Virus record (IMG/VR): IMGVR_UViG_3300025168_000003
Source of the DNA: an uncultured virus (IMG/VR IMGVR_UViG_3300025168_000003)
Taxonomy: Duplodnaviria; Heunggongvirae; Uroviricota; Caudoviricetes; Crassvirales
Strand: one strand, 5' to 3'
DNA: 20,000 nt
Position 1 is the first letter of the stretch. The number at the start of each line of letters is the position of its first letter. A program made the position numbers and the translations under genes. Shown in pieces: positions 13,614 through 20,000 of the stretch. The notes below the pieces were generated by a model. That model saw nothing but the letters and a program-made list of their open reading frames with translations. It ran no database searches and was not told the origin of the DNA.

Positions 13614-15335
13614 ATGCAGACAACAGAGATCAATGGATTTTTGATTGATGATTTCAATCAATATAGGCTTGAAGAGGGAAAAAAGCAGGGTACATGCCCT
13701 CTTTGTTCTCACGATAGAAAACCTAAGAATCAAAAGGCAAAATGCGCGTCTTATGATTGGGAACGTGGTCTTGGTACTTGTCATAATTGTAATACATCAT
13801 TTCAATTACATACTTATCAGCGTAAAGGCGCTAGCGAAAAAGAATATGTAAGACCTGTTGGTCCACCTAGCGACACTGAATATCCTGAGTTTTTAAGTGA
13901 CAAGGTAATTGAATGGTTTAAAACAAGAGGTATAGGAACTCAGACCCTTTATGATTTAGAAATCAGCGAGGGTGCTGAGTATATGCCGCAAACCGGTAAG
14001 TCCGAGAATACAATAAAGTTTAATTATATGATGGGTGATCAACTTATCAATATAAAATACCGTGATGGTAGAAAAAACTTTAAATTATATAAGGGTGCTG
14101 AAAAAGTATTCTATAATATAAACAGCATAGTAGGTTATGAGTATTGTATTATAACTGAAGGCGAGATGGACGTGTTAGCTTTACACGAAGCAGGTATACC
14201 AAACGTTATATCTGTTCCTAATGGCGCTACACTAAATAACAACAATTTAGATTATCTTGATAATTGTATTGATTATTTTGAAGACAAAGAAAAAATCATA
14301 CTAGCAGTTGATTCAGATGAAGCAGGGCAAGCATTACAATCAGAATTAGTCCGCAGACTTGGAGCTGAGGTTTGTTACTTAGCAACGTTTGACGACTGTA
14401 AAGATGCTAATGAATACTTACAAAAACATGGAAAAGAAAAACTGGCACAGCGTATTACCTCCGCGAGACCCGTACCACTTGAAAATGTTACAACATTCAA
14501 GGATATTGAAGATGAAGTTACTGACTTTGTCCGTAATGGCTTTAAGAAGGGATATCAAGTTGGTTTATCCAATTTTGATGACATATTTTCTACTTATACC
14601 GGTCAATTTATTACTGTCACTGGCATACCTAGTAGCGGTAAATCAGACTTCGTTGATCAAATGGTTGTCGGATATAATCGTAACTACGGTTGGAAAACGG
14701 CTTTTGCATCGCCAGAGAATGCGCCGACGTATCTTCATGCTCACAAGCTAATGCGTAAAACCTGGGAAGGTATGCCAAGAGCTGAGGATATACATGGAGA
14801 TAAATGGAATCAAATTGCTGATCATTGTAATAGTAATTACTTTCACATTGATATGGAGCGTTATACATTAGAATCAGTACTTAGAAAAGGTGCTGAGCTA
14901 GTTAAACGTAAAGGTATTAAATGTTTAGTTATAGATCCATTTAATAAGGTTAGAGATGTAGACTGTAAGACTGAAGATGTTAATAGATATACAATGGAGT
15001 ATCTAACAAAGATAGAAGTCTTTGCTAAGAAGTTTGATGTATTAGTATTTGTAGTTGCTCACCCAACTAAGATGTATAAAGATAAAGATGGCAAAATGGA
15101 AGAGCCAACTATGTATAACATTAAAGGTGGTGGTGAATGGTACGATGCTAGTTACCACGGCATACTAGTTCACAGAGACTATGAAAATAAAACTGTTAAA
15201 GCTAAAGTTTTAAAAGTTAAGTTTCAGAATCTAGGTGAAAACGGTGCTGAAGCTCATTTTAAATGGGAACCAAAGTCTGGTTGCTTTATACCTCATGAGC
15301 CTATTTCTAATAACGAAGCTATGCCATGGGAATAA
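13614..15335 (+). CDS. Primase-helicase (T7 gp4 / Twinkle type)
   Basis: Zn finger CPLC...CHNC, TOPRIM ITEGEMD...DSDEAG, Walker A GIPSSGKS, Walker B LVIDP, VVAHP. Confidence 0.93.
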   Translation: MQTTEINGFLIDDFNQYRLEEGKKQGTCPLCSHDRKPKNQKAKCASYDWERGLGTCHNCNTSFQLHTYQRKGASEKEYVRPVGPPSDTEYPEFLSDKVIEWFKTRGIGTQTLYDLEISEGAEYMPQTGKSENTIKFNYMMGDQLINIKYRDGRKNFKLYKGAEKVFYNINSIVGYEYCIITEGEMDVLALHEAGIPNVISVPNGATLNNNNLDYLDNCIDYFEDKEKIILAVDSDEAGQALQSELVRRLGAEVCYLATFDDCKDANEYLQKHGKEKLAQRITSARPVPLENVTTFKDIEDEVTDFVRNGFKKGYQVGLSNFDDIFSTYTGQFITVTGIPSSGKSDFVDQMVVGYNRNYGWKTAFASPENAPTYLHAHKLMRKTWEGMPRAEDIHGDKWNQIADHCNSNYFHIDMERYTLESVLRKGAELVKRKGIKCLVIDPFNKVRDVDCKTEDVNRYTMEYLTKIEVFAKKFDVLVFVVAHPTKMYKDKDGKMEEPTMYNIKGGGEWYDASYHGILVHRDYENKTVKAKVLKVKFQNLGENGAEAHFKWEPKSGCFIPHEPISNNEAMPWE

Positions 15336-15574
15336 AAAAGAAGTCAGTTGGTTATCAATATACACCTGATGAGTTTAAGGCTTATCATTGGTGTGTTAAT
15401 AACGGTATTTATATATCTCCATTTTGCAAAGAAAACTTTGCTTGGTGGTATATAGACGTAGAGATAAACAAAAAGATAAATAGATCCCCTAAAGCTTTTA
15501 ATCCAAGAGAAATATGGGAGACAATATTTAAATATTATAAATATTATTATGACAAATATGAACAAAAGATATAA
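15326..15574 (+). CDS. Hypothetical protein
   Basis: 82-aa ORF overlapping its neighbours. Confidence 0.65.
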   Translation: MGIKKKSVGYQYTPDEFKAYHWCVNNGIYISPFCKENFAWWYIDVEINKKINRSPKAFNPREIWETIFKYYKYYYDKYEQKI

Positions 15575-16199
15575 CAACGCAAATGAAGCTTATGAAGCTT
15601 TGTTGCACGATGCTATAGCGCTAGGCGTAGACTTTGATGATACTAAAGCTTTGTTTAATTGTGGTTTTTATATAGAAAACCCTACACAAAATCATATTAC
15701 TAACAAAGAACGTAACTGGAGTTTAAAATACGCTGAAGCTGAATGGCAGTGGTATTTATCTGGTGATCCTAATATAATTAAGTTAGGTCAACTATATGGT
15801 AAAATACCTCCTATATGGGAGCGTATGGCTGACAGCAACGGAAACGTAAACAGTAATTACGGTTATCAATGGAAACGTAATGCTCAAATAGATTATGTTT
15901 GTGCCAAGCTTAAAACTAATCCTAATACTAGACACGCAGCTATTAGTATATACGATGCTAAAGAATTTCATAAATATAAGAAAGATACTCCTTGTACTTA
16001 TGCTATTCAGTTTACAATTATAAACAAAAAGCTTTGTATGTCTGTCTATATGCGTTCTAATGACATCTGGTACGGTTTCTGTAACGATCAGTATCAATTT
16101 TCATCATTACAAAAAATGATTGCTAGACGTCTTAATTTTGAAATTGGTTGGTATTACCATCATGCACATAACATGCACTTATATAACAATAAACTTTAA
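15558..16199 (+). CDS. Thymidylate synthase-family protein with a dCMP-hydroxymethylase-like active site
   Basis: NSNYGYQW, catalytic DTPC, MRSNDIWYGFCND, NMHLY. Start is 15549 or 15558. Confidence 0.88.
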   Translation: MNKRYNNANEAYEALLHDAIALGVDFDDTKALFNCGFYIENPTQNHITNKERNWSLKYAEAEWQWYLSGDPNIIKLGQLYGKIPPIWERMADSNGNVNSNYGYQWKRNAQIDYVCAKLKTNPNTRHAAISIYDAKEFHKYKKDTPCTYAIQFTIINKKLCMSVYMRSNDIWYGFCNDQYQFSSLQKMIARRLNFEIGWYYHHAHNMHLYNNKL

Positions 16200-16204
16200 A
16201 AAAA

Positions 16205-16981
16205 ATGTATTATTTATACCACATACCAGGTAAAAAGATCGGTGTTACACGTGATCTTAATAACAGGGTAACCCTTGTACAAGGATACAAGGAGAATGAG
16301 TATGAAGTTCTTGAGCAGTCAGACGATATAGATTATATATCAGACCGCGAAATAGAGCTTCAACAGTCTTATGGCTATAAGAAAGATAGAAAACTATATA
16401 AACAATTATTTAATAAAATGAAAATAAACGCAACAGAACAAACCTCAACATTCCCTGTGCCAGTCAATAAGTTAAAAGGCAGGCTAACGGATAACATTGG
16501 TTTAACGTGGAAAACAGAGTTTGGCCAGTTTGAAATAACAAAAGAGAACATTAAATGGATTATGCAAAACGTAAAAACATCTATGTTTAACAATGATAGA
16601 TCTTACATTTATAATAAAGCTTTTTATGAAGCTTATTTTAATCCTACACATAATCCTAATAAATGTATATCTAATAATTTAGATTGTGAAAGATTTGATC
16701 TTATTAGAAACTGGGCATTAGTTAGAGGTATATATGATGGAGGTAACTCACACACACAATACGTAAAGCTAATGGAAGAAGCCGGTGAGTTAGCTAAAGC
16801 TTTATTACAAAATGATAAAGAAGAAATACAAGATGCTGTGGGTGATATGGTCGTTGTATTAACTAATCTAGCTGAGCTAGAAGGTATGTCTATTGAAGAC
16901 TGTATTGATTCTGCTTACACTGAGATATCAGCAAGAACTGGTAAAATGATTAACGGAACATTTGTAAAAGATGCAGATTAA
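16205..16981 (+). CDS. MazG-like nucleotide pyrophosphohydrolase fused to an N-terminal GIY-YIG-like region
   Basis: C-terminal KLMEEAGELAKA...EIQDAVGDMVVVL; N-terminal YYLYHI...KIGVTRDLNNR...REIELQ. Confidence 0.75.
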   Translation: MYYLYHIPGKKIGVTRDLNNRVTLVQGYKENEYEVLEQSDDIDYISDREIELQQSYGYKKDRKLYKQLFNKMKINATEQTSTFPVPVNKLKGRLTDNIGLTWKTEFGQFEITKENIKWIMQNVKTSMFNNDRSYIYNKAFYEAYFNPTHNPNKCISNNLDCERFDLIRNWALVRGIYDGGNSHTQYVKLMEEAGELAKALLQNDKEEIQDAVGDMVVVLTNLAELEGMSIEDCIDSAYTEISARTGKMINGTFVKDAD

Positions 16982-17279
16982 AACTAAAGATAAGATAGTA
17001 CAAAACGTACTAAGGAAGATGGACGAACGTAGCTTAATAGGTCAAAAGAAATATGGCGCTACAATGATGCAAGAGATCGAAGGTCAAAAGAAAGATCTTA
17101 ATAGGTTTATGATAGACGTACAAGAAGAATTGATGGATGCTATATTGTACATTGAATCAGCTAGACATTGCTTAAGAGACGAAATAGAAGAAGCTATGTT
17201 AAACCGTATGAATATAGTAGGCCAAAATGGAAATGATGGTTTACATTATATAGAGGTCAATGATGAAAAAGTTTTATAA
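16971..17279 (+). CDS. Small all-alpha NTP-pyrophosphatase-like protein
   Basis: ERSLIGQKKYG...DVQEELMDAILY acidic EExxD motif. Confidence 0.55.
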   Translation: MQIKTKDKIVQNVLRKMDERSLIGQKKYGATMMQEIEGQKKDLNRFMIDVQEELMDAILYIESARHCLRDEIEEAMLNRMNIVGQNGNDGLHYIEVNDEKVL

Positions 17280-17712
17280 AAAGAAAAGAGGACCAGTACA
17301 GTCTAAAAAGATATCATATGACAATATCACCTTTGCATCAGGTTTAGAACGTTATATGTATATGGCTTTAAAAAAAGCCAAGATCAGGGCTTTGTATGAA
17401 GGAGAAACATTTGAACTACAAGAGTCATTTGATTTTCCGTTTGAATCGTTTGAAAGATGTGGAAACGGTAAAGGAGATTATAAAAATAGAGGTAACAAAA
17501 AAATACTTAATATTAAATATACTCCTGACTTTGTAGGTAAAGGTTTTATAATAGAAACTAAAGGCCGAGCAAATGAGTCGTTTCCATTAAGATGGAAGAT
17601 GTTTAAAAAGCTTATGTCAGAAAGTAAAATAGGTCCTTTTACTTTATACAAACCACAAAATCAAAAAGAATGCGACGAAACAATAAGGTTAATCCTAAAC
17701 TCTCGAAAGTAA
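17260..17712 (+). CDS. T7 endonuclease I-like PD-(D/E)XK nuclease / resolvase
   Basis: FASGLE...YEGE...YTPDF...IIETKG signature. Confidence 0.8.
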   Translation: MMKKFYKKKRGPVQSKKISYDNITFASGLERYMYMALKKAKIRALYEGETFELQESFDFPFESFERCGNGKGDYKNRGNKKILNIKYTPDFVGKGFIIETKGRANESFPLRWKMFKKLMSESKIGPFTLYKPQNQKECDETIRLILNSRK

Positions 17713-17846
17713 TAGCAAGACAAAAATACGCTGAGAGACAAATCGATACTTGGTGGAAGTGGAGCTGGAACGTAAGAAATAAAATAATTTATAAAGAACT
17801 TGTAGAAGTACAAGATAAATATGGAATAAAAGTATATGGAAAATGA
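17670..17846 (+). CDS. Small hypothetical protein (58 aa)
   Basis: MRRNNKVNPKLSKVIARQKYAERQIDTWWKWSW...; fills the gap. Confidence 0.5.
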   Translation: MRRNNKVNPKLSKVIARQKYAERQIDTWWKWSWNVRNKIIYKELVEVQDKYGIKVYGK

Positions 17847-17982
17847 AACAAAAAACTGGAGTTTATCTTTTGGATTTTACCCAGGTATATTATTAGGAGT
17901 TAGATCTTATAATGAAGAAAATCAAGACACACACGTGTTGTATGTACCTTTTATTGATATTGCATTAGAAATATATAAGTAA
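17836..17982 (+). CDS. Small hypothetical protein (48 aa)
   Basis: MENETKNWSLSFGFYPGILLGVRSY...; TAATG overlap with nrdB. Confidence 0.6.
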   Translation: MENETKNWSLSFGFYPGILLGVRSYNEENQDTHVLYVPFIDIALEIYK

Positions 17983-18950
17983 TGGGATTATTTGACGAAA
18001 GAATACCGTACAAACCTTTTGAGTATCCTGAGTACTACACAGAAGGCTGGTTAAAACAAGCTCAGGCATTTTGGTTACATACAGAAATACCTATGTCAGG
18101 TGATGTTAAAGACTGGAATGAGAAATTAAATGAATCAGAGAAAAACCTAGTAGGAAATATCTTACTAGGGTTTGCTCAAACCGAATGTGCTGTGTCTGAC
18201 TACTGGACACAAAAAGTTGTTGGTTGGTTTCCTAAACATGAAATACAACAAATGGCTATGATGTTTGGTTCACAAGAAACTATTCACGCAGTAGCATATA
18301 GTTATTTAAATGAAACACTTGGACTTGAAAATTTTGAAGCTTTCCTGCACGAGCCAGCTACTGCTGATCGTTTTGACAATCTCGTTGCGTATGATGGCAA
18401 TGAATCAATCGGTATCGGAAAGTCATTGGCTATTTTTTCTGCCTTCGCAGAGGGAGTATCTCTTTATTCTGCTTTTGCAGTATTGTATTCTTTTCAATTG
18501 CGCAACCTCCTTAAAGGAGTAGGCCAACAAATGAAATGGTCTGTAAGAGATGAAAGCTTACATAGCAAAATGGGTTGTAGATTATTTAATCATATGTGCG
18601 AAGAAGATCCTACTTTACTAAAAGAATGCGAAGACGATGTATATTTAGCAGCTAAAACAATGATTAGTTTAGAAGAAAAATATATAGATAAAATGTTTGA
18701 AATGGGTGATTTAGAAAACCTAACATCAAATGATCTAAAACAATTTATAAGAAAAAGAACAAATGAAAAACTTATTGAACTTGGTTATACAGATAAAAGA
18801 AAACTTTTTAAGTATGACAATAAAGGAGCGTCTAACCTTGATTGGTTTTATCATCTTACCGGGGGCCACACTCATACTGATTTTTTCGCCATACGTCCAA
18901 CGGACTATAGCAAAGCTAACGAAGGTGAAGACTTTGAAGACATTTGGTAA
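17982..18950 (+). CDS. nrdB: Ribonucleotide reductase class I beta subunit
   Basis: Ferritin-like ligands FAQTE, QETIHAVAY (radical Tyr), AEG, RDESLH; C-terminal DFF...Y. Confidence 0.95.
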   Translation: MGLFDERIPYKPFEYPEYYTEGWLKQAQAFWLHTEIPMSGDVKDWNEKLNESEKNLVGNILLGFAQTECAVSDYWTQKVVGWFPKHEIQQMAMMFGSQETIHAVAYSYLNETLGLENFEAFLHEPATADRFDNLVAYDGNESIGIGKSLAIFSAFAEGVSLYSAFAVLYSFQLRNLLKGVGQQMKWSVRDESLHSKMGCRLFNHMCEEDPTLLKECEDDVYLAAKTMISLEEKYIDKMFEMGDLENLTSNDLKQFIRKRTNEKLIELGYTDKRKLFKYDNKGASNLDWFYHLTGGHTHTDFFAIRPTDYSKANEGEDFEDIW

Positions 18951-18998
18951 TGGTTTTGATATAGTTATAACAAGAGAAGATATAGAACAAGATTTAAA

Positions 18999-19229
18999 AT
19001 GAAAGAAAAAACTTTAATAGAAATGTCTAACAAGGTTAAAGCTTTAACAAACGTAGCCCAACACTTATTAAATGAGGTTGCAAACATTAGAGAGTTATCA
19101 GTTGGAACATTAGAAACAATTAAAAAAATGCCTGATTATAATGAAGCTATCGAATCGCTTAAAAAAGACTTGGTTGAAAAGTCTAGTAAAACAAAGGAGG
19201 CTAAGCCCGACAGAGAGGCTAGCGAATAG
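18999..19229 (+). CDS. Hypothetical coiled-coil protein
   Basis: 76-aa helical ORF. Confidence 0.65.
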   Translation: MKEKTLIEMSNKVKALTNVAQHLLNEVANIRELSVGTLETIKKMPDYNEAIESLKKDLVEKSSKTKEAKPDREASE

Positions 19230-19416
19230 ATTAGGATATATGGGGACTGCATTTATGATGACTAGTCCTCATTTATTACCTGACGAAAGAGGTATGATTA
19301 CATACATAATAGCTGGTATAATATCTATACCACAAGTGTTTGTAGCAAAACAATGGAACTTAGTATTTGTTAATTTAAACGTAGCAATAGCCTACATAAT
19401 ATTATATTTATCATAA
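19141..19416 (+). CDS. Hypothetical membrane protein
   Basis: Hydrophobic segments; TAATG overlap with nrdA; exact start uncertain. Confidence 0.6.
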   Translation: MKLSNRLKKTWLKSLVKQRRLSPTERLANRLGYMGTAFMMTSPHLLPDERGMITYIIAGIISIPQVFVAKQWNLVFVNLNVAIAYIILYLS

Positions 19417-20000
19417 TGTGGAACAATGAATGGAAAAAAGGAAAAGACTACCCAGAATGGGGAGACACTGAAGTTTATAAAAAAACTATTGCAGGAGGAT
19501 ACTTATTATCAAACGAAACACCAAAAGAAGCTTATCAAAGGGTTTGTGAAACTGTTGCAAGAAGACTTGATAAACCCGAGCTCGCAAAAACGTTCTATGA
19601 ATACATATGGAATGGTTGGTTATGCTTGGCGTCACCTGTTCTTAGTAACACTGGTACTGATAGGGGTTTGCCTATTAGTTGCTTTGGTATTGACGTCGCT
19701 GATTCTATATATGACATAGGAACTAAAAATTTAGAGATGATGCTACTCGCTAAACACGGCGGTGGAGTTGGTATCGGTATAAATCAAATAAGACCCGCTG
19801 GAGCAAAAATTAAAGGTAATGGAACAAGTGATGGCGTAGTGCCTTTTTGTAAAATATACGATTCGACAATACTTGCCACTAATCAAGGATCTGTCAGACG
19901 AGGAGCTGCATCAGTTAATATTAATATTGATCACGCCGATTTCGATGAGTGGCTCGAAATACGTGAACCTAAAGGAGATGTCAACAGACAATCACTTAAC
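19416..20000 (+). CDS. nrdA: Ribonucleotide reductase class I alpha subunit (runs off the window)
   Basis: Not in the ORF track. MWNNEWKKGKDYPEWG...ASPVLSNTGTDRGLPISCF...GGGVG...NQGSVRRGA, open to the window end. Confidence 0.93.
   Translation, partial: MWNNEWKKGKDYPEWGDTEVYKKTIAGGYLLSNETPKEAYQRVCETVARRLDKPELAKTFYEYIWNGWLCLASPVLSNTGTDRGLPISCFGIDVADSIYDIGTKNLEMMLLAKHGGGVGIGINQIRPAGAKIKGNGTSDGVVPFCKIYDSTILATNQGSVRRGAASVNINIDHADFDEWLEIREPKGDVNRQSLN

Noticed and set aside
1504..19719. Alternative-frame and antisense ORFs in the track (e.g. 1504, 4367, 4425, 7968, 8407, 9729, 11126, 11444, 12216, 13566, 13645, 14389, 14629, 15344, 15792, 16375, 18310, 18763, 19426)
   Set aside because: They overlap better-supported genes and show no recognisable motifs; treated as shadow ORFs.
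1..20000. Stop-codon reassignment
   Set aside because: Known genes are intact under the standard bacterial code, and TAG and TGA occur at plausible gene ends.

Overview
AT-rich segment of a tailed dsDNA phage genome. The host is probably Bacteroidota (Flavobacteria-like): genes lack Shine-Dalgarno sites, have A-rich 'aactATG/aatATG' start contexts, and carry Bacteroidota-type RNR and SSB. Layout: (i) two minus-strand virion/tail-fibre-like genes (1-2159); (ii) a ~580 bp divergent non-coding hinge with a GC-rich patch and TGACA boxes; (iii) a plus-strand early region (2744-8424) of tiny ORFs, punctuated by seven copies of a promoter-like motif TTACAAACA-N16-GGATAAT and containing several RNA genes; (iv) a replication/nucleotide-metabolism module (DNA ligase, pyrimidine-dimer glycosylase-like, HTH protein, sigma-70-like factor, ERF, PD-(D/E)XK exonuclease, SSB, primase-helicase, thymidylate-synthase-family enzyme, MazG-like proteins, endonuclease I-like, NrdB, partial NrdA). 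The most striking element is a 79-nt tmRNA-like gene (5962-6040) with an intact alanine-accepting tRNA-like domain but no tag reading frame. The early region also holds a structured ~210-nt RNA candidate directly upstream of it, a tRNA minihelix-like element and an atypical tRNA-CAT. Also notable: two distinct promoter classes, a TGACA operator/iteron system linked to the HTH gene, and a thymidylate synthase homolog with the dCMP-specific Asp. All protein calls are from motif recognition by eye; no searches were run.
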